Virus record (IMG/VR): IMGVR_UViG_3300025735_000007
Coordinates: 32,001-96,000 of that record
From: a virus
Lineage: Duplodnaviria > Caudoviricetes
Length of the DNA stretch: 64,000 bases
Direction: 5' to 3' (one strand)
Part shown: positions 9,201 through 18,342 of the stretch, one piece after another
How the letters are laid out: each line of letters begins with the position of its first letter
Numbering within the stretch: the first letter of the stretch is position 1
Notes under the pieces: generated by a model
What the model was told of the DNA's origin: nothing
The model's input: the letters and a program-made list of their open reading frames with translations, nothing else
Databases searched by the model: none
Translations under genes and position numbers: made by a program

Positions 9201-10705
9201 AGTCGGGCGACTACACGACCAAGCCCGGCGCTGCTAACGAGCGTGTGCTGAACTTCCTCGACAAGATCAATGTGAAGGGCTTCGAAGCGTCGAGGGCAGT
9301 CGCGAGCATCACCGAGGAAGAGAAAAAGCTGTTGCTCGTCGCGCCGACGAAGGATCTGGTCGACTACACGCGCAACCTGATGTCCGGGTATGAGGCACAG
9401 AAGGCGCAACTCATCCAGAACAAGAAGGATCAGCTCGACGAAGAGTATCGGATCGCCAAACAGGCGTGGGAGCGCGAAGACGCGGCGAAGCTGAACGCGG
9501 TCAAGAAACTCGGCGGCGACGTGGCACTCGAGGAAGCGGCCATTGCTCAGAAGCGCGCGATCGATGAGGAAGCGTGGGCGAAGAAGCTGGAAACGCCGAT
9601 GGAGTCGCTCGCGAAGAAGTGGGGCGACACGACGGCCGAAATGCAGAACGCGTCGACCAGCTGGGCCAGCAGCACCATCGACGTGTTCGTGAACGCGGTC
9701 AAGACTGGCAAGGTGCAGTTCGGCTCACTGCTGGAGACCATCGCGACCGACATGCTGAAGATCTCGCTCCAGAAGTCGATGGGCACCGGGCTTCAGCAGA
9801 TGTTCGACGGACTGACCAAGGGCTTCGTTGGTGTCGCGGGCGGCAACGGCAAGGGTGAGACGGGGCTCGCAGGCAGCGCGATGAATGCGGGCGACCATGC
9901 CGCGGCGAGCGCACTGCCGGCCATCCTTAAAGCGCCGATGGAAGCCGTCGGCAGCATGTTCATCAAGCTCTTCGGGACGGGCCAGCAATACAGCACGACC
10001 CTCGAAGACAACGTGAAGAACCTGATCGTCGGCGAGACCGCGCAGCAGACCACGCAAACCTCGCTGGTGACACTCGCCCAGGCTGCGCAATACGCCGCAG
10101 CCGCACTCGCCTCGATTCAGGGTGGCGCCTCCGGCGGAAGTGGCATCGGCGGGGCGCTCATGTCGATCGCCGGTTCGATGGCGGCGGCCTATTTCGGCGG
10201 CTCGTCGAGCGCCACTGCCGGAATGCTCTCGCAGACCTCTTCGATGGGCTCCAGCAGCACGCTGATGGGCGTGCAGGGCGGCACCAACACGCTTGGCAAC
10301 TGGAACTACACCGGCGGCCAGATGAGCAATCAGTATGCGTTCGCCGATGGCGGTGTGATGACGCAATTCGGTCCGCTCGCGCTGCGCAAGTATGCCAACG
10401 GCGGTGTCGCCGACAGCCCGCAGGTCGCGGTCTACGGCGAAGGCTCGATGACAGAAGCCTACGTGCCGCTGCCGGACGGTCGCTCGATTCCGGTGACGAT
10501 CACCGGCGGCAACAGCGGGCAGCCGGCTTCGGGCACGCAGTCGAACATCGTTGTCAACGTGATCAATCAGTCGGGCCAGCAGGTCGAGGGCAAGCAGGCG
10601 GGCTCGCCGCGCTTCGACGGCAAGCAGATGGTCCTCGACATTGTGCTGACTGCGGCGACGCAGCCGGGCAGCTTCCGTGATGGATTGAAAGGCGCACTGA
10701 AATGA
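6248..10705 (+). CDS. Tail tape measure protein
   Basis: 1485 aa Ala-rich helical protein; QMAGKGVVSLQELR and C-terminal FADGG/YANGG/GEG motifs. Confidence 0.92.
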   Translation: MNNLENIGYNLILDDSGFRVTAQATNAQLKALEAQFASTGQGVKAIEDKINSAGVTFHQWVTTIGALKFALMDLDSVFLSLPKSILETAGEIEKLQVVLKGLSTAADDAGRAADATIGKNFILNLEQNVPFKLQALTDTFVKLKTVGIDPMNGSMETLLNEVAKYGGSSEQLKSASLAIQQMAGKGVVSLQELRMQLSQAIPGAAQLMADAMGMSMGDLTKAISKGTVASEGAIKKMLAAFSLDSMGAGRAQMETWVGTLEKLNTKWDLFKVDVADAGLFAAAKAELNDMMSLFGTSQAKEWAHSLSSEFVSMINLFHDGRVALQEYLPQLIELGKVVLTVVSVTVVASWLGGMRNALTGIVTAYQEYAANAIAAEGVVAAKKLSVTEQILAADAKRRESIAMESELRQEALAREIANNQRMIVENDKRVAAIDAARQAERAAEIENNAQILASKIALYEELTAREVEATAFVQAEQYKRAQMGLASNAATAAEYAAQAKFTAEVEGRLASMRAEIGLLEAEAIALRERNALLMAATAAEIENAGAMSSSNAALVEKNAALATAIGAERVAIANMAEMTFGTAALKTGLMGLQFAFNAVGGWLTVLAGIIIGGIALWDRYAEASKRAANAALDAANLKRSIAQGDVSKEQLDKSDAHIGDQKSKIAGLENQLWEAENAHSGTNGEYVPADPTRANQLRAQLAAEKSALADLVAQRAEAKKTLDESDAKLQASKYATRYQGDTDAQIEQIAKSGQNQVSAIKKRYDDLMQTMDSQSPAYKAAADKRAKEVQAAIQKGTADIAAAYDARDRELRTKIDNVSGPDASLQKAALEKELARVRQEAQNAQSTMNNALAPNQFLAPKNTGGHVAAPTDFLEKALDHVKVQLAGATEQLRQIQTGATEYDKLRKGVEIQVKEMVDAGQLDYVTHGKNGKRTTPSMDDADVQQLIDDKTALAIVNNAKQQLAQIKQKLAPAEEELKRSLALLQSGDYTTKPGAANERVLNFLDKINVKGFEASRAVASITEEEKKLLLVAPTKDLVDYTRNLMSGYEAQKAQLIQNKKDQLDEEYRIAKQAWEREDAAKLNAVKKLGGDVALEEAAIAQKRAIDEEAWAKKLETPMESLAKKWGDTTAEMQNASTSWASSTIDVFVNAVKTGKVQFGSLLETIATDMLKISLQKSMGTGLQQMFDGLTKGFVGVAGGNGKGETGLAGSAMNAGDHAAASALPAILKAPMEAVGSMFIKLFGTGQQYSTTLEDNVKNLIVGETAQQTTQTSLVTLAQAAQYAAAALASIQGGASGGSGIGGALMSIAGSMAAAYFGGSSSATAGMLSQTSSMGSSSTLMGVQGGTNTLGNWNYTGGQMSNQYAFADGGVMTQFGPLALRKYANGGVADSPQVAVYGEGSMTEAYVPLPDGRSIPVTITGGNSGQPASGTQSNIVVNVINQSGQQVEGKQAGSPRFDGKQMVLDIVLTAATQPGSFRDGLKGALK

Positions 10706-11067
10706 CCTACACGACCATGCCGTTTTGCGACCTGCTGGACAGCTCCAAGTTCCAGCCGGAGAAAGAGAACCCCGCGCTTGCCTCGAAGATGGACGGCGGC
10801 TATGTAGTCACGCGGCCGCGGCACACGCGTCGCCCGCGTCGCACCTTCACGCTGGGCTTTACCGACTTCTCGGACGCCCAGCGCGCCGCCGTGGACCAGC
10901 ACTTCGACGACATGCACGGCGGGTCTTCGATCTTTTACTTCGTTCACCCCGTGAGCAAGGAAACGATCCTGGCCCGCTACACCACCGACACCACGCTTCA
11001 GTGGACTTACAGCGGCTCCGGGCATACGCCATTGTGGAGCGTCACTTTCAAGGTTCAGGAGGCATGA
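10702..11067 (+). CDS. Distal tail protein (lambda M-like)
   Basis: Synteny after tape measure; DGGY..R and F.F..P motifs. Confidence 0.65.
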   Translation: MTYTTMPFCDLLDSSKFQPEKENPALASKMDGGYVVTRPRHTRRPRRTFTLGFTDFSDAQRAAVDQHFDDMHGGSSIFYFVHPVSKETILARYTTDTTLQWTYSGSGHTPLWSVTFKVQEA

Positions 11068-11068
11068 C

Positions 11069-11704
11069 ATGCCAAACCCGCTTTCCGTAGCAAGCATCAT
11101 CGAAAAGAACAAGCTCGGCAGTGACGTGCCGTATCTCGCGTTCCTCGATGTGGGTGTGATCGACCCGACGACGGGGACCGTCACGGAGACCCTGCACTTC
11201 GTCAACAACACCGAGGACATTGTGCGCGCGGGCGTGACATACACCGCAATGCAGTTTTCGCTGGAGCTCAAGTCGAAGGCGGGCGCAGCGCCGCAGATCG
11301 ACCTGTCGATTCTCGACTACACGCGGATGGTCATTCAGAAGATGAATGACTATGGTGGCGGGGCGGGGTTTCCGGTAACGGTCATTGTCTGCGAGACGGA
11401 TGCGCTCAACGAGCAGCCGGACATCCAGGAGTATTTCGAGATCGTCACTGCCACGGCAGACAACTACGTCACGACCTGGACGCTGGGCGCTGAGAATGCG
11501 CTCACAAAGCAGTTCCCCCGACGCATGCAGCGCCGCGACTTCTGCCAGTGGCAATACCGCGACGGGCGCACCTGCCGCTATAACGGCGCACTGCCAGCGT
11601 GTGACCACACCTTCAGCGGTCCGCTCGGTTGCAAGATGCACGACAACGTGATCAATTTTGGCGGCCAACCGAATCTGGTGTCCAGCAACATCTTTGTGGC
11701 GTAA
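11069..11704 (+). CDS. Minor tail protein (lambda L-like)
   Basis: C-terminal CQWQYR..C.Y...CD....GC...N..NFGG cysteine cluster. Confidence 0.8.
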   Translation: MPNPLSVASIIEKNKLGSDVPYLAFLDVGVIDPTTGTVTETLHFVNNTEDIVRAGVTYTAMQFSLELKSKAGAAPQIDLSILDYTRMVIQKMNDYGGGAGFPVTVIVCETDALNEQPDIQEYFEIVTATADNYVTTWTLGAENALTKQFPRRMQRRDFCQWQYRDGRTCRYNGALPACDHTFSGPLGCKMHDNVINFGGQPNLVSSNIFVA

Positions 11705-11705
11705 A

Positions 11706-12101
11706 ATGAATAAGTCACACATGACTTACACAGACTTGCTCGGCCGACCGTTTTCGATGGGCGGCCGCGGACCCGACGAATTCGATTGCTATGGGCTCGT
11801 CAAGTTTCTGATCGAACGCGACACGGGGCACTCAGTGCCGGATTACGTCACCCCGGCGGCAATGGGCGCGGTGCACGCGCTGATGATTGTCTCGCGCGAG
11901 TTCTGGACTCGGCTGCCGGGGCCGAAGGTGGGCTCGATGGTGTTCTTCAGGCTCGGGCGCCAAGTCTGCCACGTTGGCTATGTGATAAGTCACACGTTAT
12001 TTATTCATGCGTGGGAAAAATCAGGCGGCGTGACGATCGAACGGCTCGCCGCCTGGGAAAAACGGATTGATGGATTCTATGAATACACCGAAAAAGCGTA
12101 A
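11706..12101 (+). CDS. NlpC/P60 tail protein (lambda K-like)
   Basis: FDCYGLV, HVG and FIHA catalytic motifs; start may be 11721. Confidence 0.8.
   Translation: MNKSHMTYTDLLGRPFSMGGRGPDEFDCYGLVKFLIERDTGHSVPDYVTPAAMGAVHALMIVSREFWTRLPGPKVGSMVFFRLGRQVCHVGYVISHTLFIHAWEKSGGVTIERLAAWEKRIDGFYEYTEKA
11711..11728. promoter_or_regulatory. 18-bp palindromic operator (perfect arms)
   Basis: TAAGTCA CACA TGACTTA. Confidence 0.75.
11986..12003. promoter_or_regulatory. Intragenic 18-bp operator upstream of the J-like gene
   Basis: TAAGTCA CACG TTATTTA. Confidence 0.6.
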
Positions 12102-15100
12102 GGCAGCACCGCAGTTTGTCAGGGTCCGCCGCATCACCAATCCGTTCGAGCCGATGCGCGATCTGCGCGACGAGCAGTGGAAGTGGCGCAAGACCTACAC
12201 GCTCGCTGACTATCTGCCGCTCGGTGAGACGGCCGACGTAGTGCTTTCCGTGAACGGACAGGTGGTCGAGCGCGAGCACTTTGCAAAGACGAAACTCCAG
12301 CCGACCGACTTCGTGGTGATCTGCCCGGTGCCACGCGGCGGTGACGGCGGCAAGGGCATTTTGCGCATTATCGGCATGATCGTAATCGCGGTGGCTTCCG
12401 TCTACACGGGCGGCGCAGCATCGGCCGCGTATGGCCCGATGGCAGGTGCCGCCGCGGCAGCCGCCGTTACGGTCGCGGGCACATTGCTGCTGAACGCGAT
12501 CCTGCCGCCTGCGGCAGCGACCAACAGCATGAATGGCGGGCTGGCGAGCAGCTCTAGCTACGGCGTCGACGGCGCAAAGAACACCAGTTCCGAAATGATC
12601 CCGGTGCCTGTCCCATACGGCACTTTCCGCACCGCGGGCAACGTGATCGGCGTGCACACCGAGGCAAATGGCAACGACCAGATCCTCTATATGCTGATCA
12701 ACGCCGGCGAGGGGCCGATTGCGTCTATCACCGACATCGAGATCAATGGCCGCAAGATCAATGAGTTCGCAGAAGTGTCCGTGCAGACGCGGCTCGGCGA
12801 CCCTTTGCAAACGCCAATCGACTGGTTTTCGTCGGTCATCACGCCCTACCAGAAGAACCAGGAGATTCCGAAAGATGGCAGCTACCTGACGTTCGCGACC
12901 GAGGGTGACGTTGAGGCAGTTCGCCTCGACATCAATTTTCCTTCGGGCCTGTATGCGGTCGATATGAAGTCCGGCTCGGTCGTCGAGAACAAGATTGCTC
13001 TCGAGGCCGACTACCGTATCGCTGGCAGCAACGGCAGCTGGACACCCTTCAGCTCGCAGCCTGCCACTTACGAGATGGTGCAGGTCCAGCCGGTCACCAG
13101 CGTCGGCATTGGCAACCTCCCGGATCAGCGTCTCGCGTATGTCGATGGTGATTCGGGTATCCCGTGGGATGGGACACAAGTCATCACGGACCTGCACATC
13201 ACTACACCGGTCGGCACTGTCCTCGACACCACGCGCGATGCCATTTTTGCGAAGTTCGGCAGCTATATCGGGCAGAACATTGGAAGCTGGCCTGTCGGCT
13301 CTGGCGGCATAGTGGCGACTTCGGTGGCGATTCCGCCACAACCGGGCGCGCTCGTGATCAAAGAAAAGCTGCGCAGCGTTGTGCGCCGCAGCTACACGTC
13401 CCCGCAGTTGCCGATGGGCAAGTATGAGGTTCGGTTGCGCCGCGACGCGAACTACATCGACTATGGCGCGAACAAGGCGGGGGTTGGGCTGACGAACACC
13501 GAAGCAACGTCGTCATCCGACTGCTACGTGTCCGATCTCAATGAAATTGTTTACGCCGGGGTCGGCCATAACCACACGGCACTGCTTGCGCTGCGCGTGA
13601 AGCTCGATGAGCAGCTTTCCGGTATTCCAACCGTCACGTTCGTGAACGGCGGCCGGATCATTACGACGTTCCAGCGCGCGAACGGCGTCATCACGACGAA
13701 GGAAGCGGCAACCAACAACGCGGCATGGGTGCAGTGGGACGCGCTCACGCACTGGCGCTATGGCGCGGGCATCGACGGGGGCCGCCTGGATCTCTCGGCG
13801 TGGATCGACTGGGCCGAGTATTGCGGGGCGAATGGCCTCACGTTTGACGGTGTGTTCGACACGACCATGAACGCGTGGGACGCCTCGAACTACATCGCGC
13901 GCGCGGGCCACGCGCAGCTGGTCCCGGTCGGCACACGCTATTCGATCATTATCGAGCGCCCTTCCGAGCCTGTGATGCTCTTCGGCATGGGCAACATCGT
14001 CGAGGGCACGTTCAAGCAGAGCTGGATGTCGCGCACTGACCGTGCGACCGAAGTGGACGTCACGTTTTTCGACAAGACGGACAGCTACAAGCAGAAGACG
14101 GTGAAGGTGACCGATTCCGCCGCAGCGCTCGAGGGGCGTCCGCAGAACCCGTCGGCGATCACGGCCTATGGCGTAGTGGACATCAAGCGTGCCTATCTCG
14201 AAGGCGCGCTGCAGATGAACATCAACCGCTACCTGACTCAGACGTGCGAGTGGGATTCGCCGATCGAGGCGCTCGCGTGCACGCACGGCGACGTCGTGCT
14301 TGTGCAGCACGACCAGCCGGCGTGGGGCTTCTCAGGACGAACGGAGAGCGGCAGCACCGCGAGCGTGGTGAAGCTCGACAAGCTCGTCACGATGGAGGCG
14401 GGCAAGACCTACAAGCTCCTGCTCCTCGGTAGCACCGCGGTGCGTAACACGGGCACCATTGGCAGTGTGTCGGGCACCTTCATCGCCGTGCCAACGCCGC
14501 CCAATGTGCGCATTCGCCGCATTCGCAATGCCGCAGGAGTGGAGACGGCAGTTAAAACAGTCGTGAGCGATGGCGTCTATGCTGAATCGACGACCGGGTT
14601 TGCTCCGGGGCAGCGCGTCACGTTCTATGACACGGACGTCATCGAGGAACACGACGTCGTGGTGCAGCCCGGCGAAACGGATGCCGTCACGGTGACCGCA
14701 CCCCTGTCGTTCGTGCCCGATGTGTTCACGAATTACCTGTTTGGCGAGACGACGAAGGTCAAGAAGCCTTTCCGCATCACCTCGATCACGCTGGGCTCGA
14801 CCGACATGCAGCGGCATCTCTCGGCGCTTGAATACCGCGCGGAGGTGTATGACCTGTCGAGCTATGCCGATGTTGCGAACACGCTCACGCCGCCGTTGCT
14901 CGATCCGCGGCAGGCAGCGATCGGCGTCGTGCAGAACCTCTCCGTGTATGAGGAGACCTACGTCGCTGGCGCGCTGATCCTGACGGACGTGCGGGCATCG
15001 TGGGTGCAGCCGTTGATCGGTAACTATGCCGGCGCCGACGTCTTCCTCCAGATCAACGGGGGTGACTTCAACAAGGTCGGCACCGTCAAGGTCGGCACGA

Positions 15101-17652
15101 GCTATGTGCTGCCGGGCGTGAAGAAGGGCGACAACCTCGCGGTGCGCGTCCAGTCGTTTGACATCTGGGGCAAATACTCCGCCTATGACCAGGCGCCTAC
15201 GGTCAACTACAAGGTCGTGGGCAACGTGACGAACCTGTCGTCGGCCGCCGTGTCGGGTGCGGATTTCTACTGGTCCGGGCGTGATTGCAAGCTCTTCTGG
15301 AACTACAACTCGACGACCGCATCCTTTGAATTCGGTTCCGAGCCAGAAGGCGCGCCGGGCACGCGCGACCCGCACTTCCAGGACTACGAGATCCGCATCT
15401 ACGACCTGCAGCACAAGCTGTTGCGCACCGAACATACGACGGACAACAGCTACGTCTACACGTATGAGAAGAACTTCTCGGACGGACTGCACCGGCACGT
15501 CACCTTCGAAATTGCTGTGCGTGATATTTTCGGCAATATCGGCAAGCCGGCGGTGCTCGATGCCTATAACCCGCCGCCGACCGTGGTAACTGCGGCGACC
15601 AACGCGGCCTTCGATCGTATCCAGATCAACTTCACGCACAGCGACGACCCGGACTACGCCGGGGCGCGAGTTTTCCTGCGCTGGTCGGGCGACGTAGGGA
15701 CGACGCCGACACTCGCCTACGACGGCCCGGACACAGCCGTGCTGATGTCGAATCTGATGTTCAATACGGACTATTACATCACGATCGTCCCGTATGACGC
15801 GTTCGGGTTGGACGAGACTATCCCGAGCAACGAGATCCACGTCCACACGCCGTTTCTCGATGTGGAGGCCATCGCGGAGGGCGTGCTCAAGGACTCACAG
15901 CTGATTCCGGCGCTGCAAACCCGCATCGACCTCGTGGATGCGCCTGAGTCGATCATCGGCTCGGTGAATCAGCGCCTGGCTGACGCGAAGGCCAAGCTCT
16001 CGGGCGATCTGACAGCCGCAATCACACAAGAACAGCAGCTCCGGCAAGGCGCGGACAATAGCCTCGCCTCTCAGGTGACGACGCTCGTGTCGGCGAGCAA
16101 CGCGAATACTGCGGCAATCACCTCCGAACAGACAGCACGCACGACCGCCGATCTGGCACTTGGCACACGCATCGACACAGTTGCGGCAAGCACGGGCAAC
16201 AACACCGCGGCGATTCAGACGGAGATCACCGCACGCACGTCAGCCGACGCAGCGCTTGGCACCCGCATCGACACGGTGGCGGCTGCATACGGGATGGACG
16301 CCACGAACCTGTGCGCGAATCCGGTGGCGGCCGGCGGGCTCACGACTGGATGGGACACACCGACGGCAGTCTTGGGCACTGCGCTTGACGTGCCTGCCGC
16401 GGCACCAGCGGCGTATGTGTTCCGCCAGAACATCCGCGATGCGCGCTATACGACGCGCGTCGTGTCTGTTACTGGCGGCCAGCAGCATTACCTCGAAATG
16501 CGCGCGGCCACGCCGGTCGCCGCGGTTCCGATCAGCATCGGCATGCGCTTCACGGCGCCCGGCAAGACGGACGTCTATGCCTGGGCGGCGACGCTTAACT
16601 CGACGTCGGTGTGGACGCGTCTCGCAGGCATGGTTACGGTCCCGGATGGCTACACGAGCGCCGAGCTGAGGGTGATGATCGACTTCGGCGCAGGCGTCAC
16701 CAACGACAAGAACCGCTGGTATTACACGGACGTCGAGTGGCGCCCGGCAAGCCTGACGCAGCCGGCGATGGCCGCGATCAGCGTCGAGCAGACGGCGCGC
16801 GCGAGCGCGGACGGTGCGCTTTCAACCCGCATCGACAGCGTGAATGCGTCGCTCGGCACGACCAACGCAAACGTGCAGACCGAGATCAACGCGCGCGCGG
16901 CGGGTGACTCCGCAAACGCCAGTGCGATCTCGCAGCTGACCACCACGGTCAACGGCCACACGACCTCGATCCAGACCGCGCAAAGCTCGCTCAATGGCCT
17001 GAGCGCGCAATACACGATCAAGATCGACAACAACGGCCATGTGTCGGGCTTTGGCCTCGCGTCGTATCCGGTCAACGGCGGCATCGTTAGCGAGTTCGCG
17101 GTGCGCGCCGATACGTTCTCGATCCAGTTGCCCGGCTATCCCGGTGTGCACCCGTTCACGGTGGGCGGCGTCGATGGTCAGGCGCGCGTGATCATCAGCA
17201 GCGCGCTGATCGGCGACGCCGCCATCAGCACGGCCAAGATCGGCGACGCACAGGTCAACTCCGCAAAGATCGCCTACGCGGCGATCAACACCGCGCACAT
17301 CGGCACCGCGCAGATCGACACACTGCGCATCGGCGCGAACGCCGTGTCGACGCTCGCCATCTGGGGTCTAGGCTCGGGCGGCACGGTCCAGTATCAGGCG
17401 GGCGGCGGCACGCTGATGGTGTTTGTCAGCGCGTTCATCGGTAGCCATTCCGGTTCTGACGGCGGCCAGGACTTCGCTGGCTCTGTCGTCGTCCAGATCA
17501 ACGGACAGACCATCGTGACCATTTCGAATGGGTCACCCGCCTTCCAGACGAACTTCGGCATGACTGGGTTGGCTCCCGGGGTTTACAACGTGACCGCGAG
17601 CGGTAGCAACGCGCGAGGCATCACGGTCGCGGTTTTTGAATCGAAGCGATAA
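12079..17652 (+). CDS. Central tail tip/host specificity protein (lambda J-like) with fused I-like N-terminus
   Basis: PVPVPYG, GEGPI, FN3-like region, TARxxAD repeats, YTIKID..G.VSGFGL, FAVRAD and xAKI repeats. Confidence 0.88.
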   Translation: MNTPKKRKAAPQFVRVRRITNPFEPMRDLRDEQWKWRKTYTLADYLPLGETADVVLSVNGQVVEREHFAKTKLQPTDFVVICPVPRGGDGGKGILRIIGMIVIAVASVYTGGAASAAYGPMAGAAAAAAVTVAGTLLLNAILPPAAATNSMNGGLASSSSYGVDGAKNTSSEMIPVPVPYGTFRTAGNVIGVHTEANGNDQILYMLINAGEGPIASITDIEINGRKINEFAEVSVQTRLGDPLQTPIDWFSSVITPYQKNQEIPKDGSYLTFATEGDVEAVRLDINFPSGLYAVDMKSGSVVENKIALEADYRIAGSNGSWTPFSSQPATYEMVQVQPVTSVGIGNLPDQRLAYVDGDSGIPWDGTQVITDLHITTPVGTVLDTTRDAIFAKFGSYIGQNIGSWPVGSGGIVATSVAIPPQPGALVIKEKLRSVVRRSYTSPQLPMGKYEVRLRRDANYIDYGANKAGVGLTNTEATSSSDCYVSDLNEIVYAGVGHNHTALLALRVKLDEQLSGIPTVTFVNGGRIITTFQRANGVITTKEAATNNAAWVQWDALTHWRYGAGIDGGRLDLSAWIDWAEYCGANGLTFDGVFDTTMNAWDASNYIARAGHAQLVPVGTRYSIIIERPSEPVMLFGMGNIVEGTFKQSWMSRTDRATEVDVTFFDKTDSYKQKTVKVTDSAAALEGRPQNPSAITAYGVVDIKRAYLEGALQMNINRYLTQTCEWDSPIEALACTHGDVVLVQHDQPAWGFSGRTESGSTASVVKLDKLVTMEAGKTYKLLLLGSTAVRNTGTIGSVSGTFIAVPTPPNVRIRRIRNAAGVETAVKTVVSDGVYAESTTGFAPGQRVTFYDTDVIEEHDVVVQPGETDAVTVTAPLSFVPDVFTNYLFGETTKVKKPFRITSITLGSTDMQRHLSALEYRAEVYDLSSYADVANTLTPPLLDPRQAAIGVVQNLSVYEETYVAGALILTDVRASWVQPLIGNYAGADVFLQINGGDFNKVGTVKVGTSYVLPGVKKGDNLAVRVQSFDIWGKYSAYDQAPTVNYKVVGNVTNLSSAAVSGADFYWSGRDCKLFWNYNSTTASFEFGSEPEGAPGTRDPHFQDYEIRIYDLQHKLLRTEHTTDNSYVYTYEKNFSDGLHRHVTFEIAVRDIFGNIGKPAVLDAYNPPPTVVTAATNAAFDRIQINFTHSDDPDYAGARVFLRWSGDVGTTPTLAYDGPDTAVLMSNLMFNTDYYITIVPYDAFGLDETIPSNEIHVHTPFLDVEAIAEGVLKDSQLIPALQTRIDLVDAPESIIGSVNQRLADAKAKLSGDLTAAITQEQQLRQGADNSLASQVTTLVSASNANTAAITSEQTARTTADLALGTRIDTVAASTGNNTAAIQTEITARTSADAALGTRIDTVAAAYGMDATNLCANPVAAGGLTTGWDTPTAVLGTALDVPAAAPAAYVFRQNIRDARYTTRVVSVTGGQQHYLEMRAATPVAAVPISIGMRFTAPGKTDVYAWAATLNSTSVWTRLAGMVTVPDGYTSAELRVMIDFGAGVTNDKNRWYYTDVEWRPASLTQPAMAAISVEQTARASADGALSTRIDSVNASLGTTNANVQTEINARAAGDSANASAISQLTTTVNGHTTSIQTAQSSLNGLSAQYTIKIDNNGHVSGFGLASYPVNGGIVSEFAVRADTFSIQLPGYPGVHPFTVGGVDGQARVIISSALIGDAAISTAKIGDAQVNSAKIAYAAINTAHIGTAQIDTLRIGANAVSTLAIWGLGSGGTVQYQAGGGTLMVFVSAFIGSHSGSDGGQDFAGSVVVQINGQTIVTISNGSPAFQTNFGMTGLAPGVYNVTASGSNARGITVAVFESKR

Positions 17653-17663
17653 GCGAGAGAACG

Positions 17664-18083
17664 ATGAACGAACAGACGACTGAAGATCAAACGCAGGAGG
17701 TGCCGGACCGGAGCTGGGTTCGCACCGACTACGTGGTGGCCGAGAATGCGACGGGCCGCATCCTCTACACCGGCACCGTGCCGCGCAAGATGATCGACAT
17801 CCAGATCCCGCCCGAAGGCGCGTCGGTCGTGATCGGCATGGGTGCGCCCGAGACGCACTATGTCGTGAACGGCGCAGTTGTGCCTCGCCCGGTGAATACG
17901 GCCACGCCAACGGGCAACACGCTCACGAACCTGCCCGTGCCGTGCACGATCAGCATCGACGGGACGGCGCACGACTGCGCGGACGACCATTGCGAGCTGT
18001 CGTTCTCGCATCCGGGCACCTACAACGTCACGGTGTCGGCGTGGCCGATGCTCGACGTAGCCTTCGAGGTCACACAGCCATGA
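17664..18083 (+). CDS. Tail-associated hypothetical protein
   Basis: Position after J, coding bias. Confidence 0.55.
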   Translation: MNEQTTEDQTQEVPDRSWVRTDYVVAENATGRILYTGTVPRKMIDIQIPPEGASVVIGMGAPETHYVVNGAVVPRPVNTATPTGNTLTNLPVPCTISIDGTAHDCADDHCELSFSHPGTYNVTVSAWPMLDVAFEVTQP

Positions 18084-18268
18084 AGATTCACACGCAGATC
18101 GACGTGCGCCCGCGACGCGCGGCCGACTACATGGACATCGGCGCGCAGCTCGACGCGCTGATGAAGGGCTTTGCCGCGCTGGCCGAGCAGGGCGTTCAGC
18201 TGCCGCCGGAGACCGTGGCATGGATCGAGCACTGCCAGGCGGTGAAGGCGCGCCACCCCAAGCGTTGA
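18080..18268 (+). CDS. Small tail-associated protein
   Basis: ATGA overlap; RRAADY.....QLDAL...VKARHPK pattern common in tail-region proteins. Confidence 0.55.
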   Translation: MKIHTQIDVRPRRAADYMDIGAQLDALMKGFAALAEQGVQLPPETVAWIEHCQAVKARHPKR

Positions 18269-18277
18269 CGCTTTCGA

Positions 18278-18306
18278 TTGCAGATAAGTCACGCGTTACT
18301 TATAAT
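18278..18306 (+). promoter_or_regulatory. Sigma70-like promoter for the tail fibre with operator in the spacer
   Basis: TTGCAG-17 bp-TATAAT; TAAGTCA CGCG TTACTTA at 18285-18302. Confidence 0.7.
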
Positions 18307-18342
18307 CGGCGAGGATAACGTCTCTCCGACAAGGGTTTCTGC

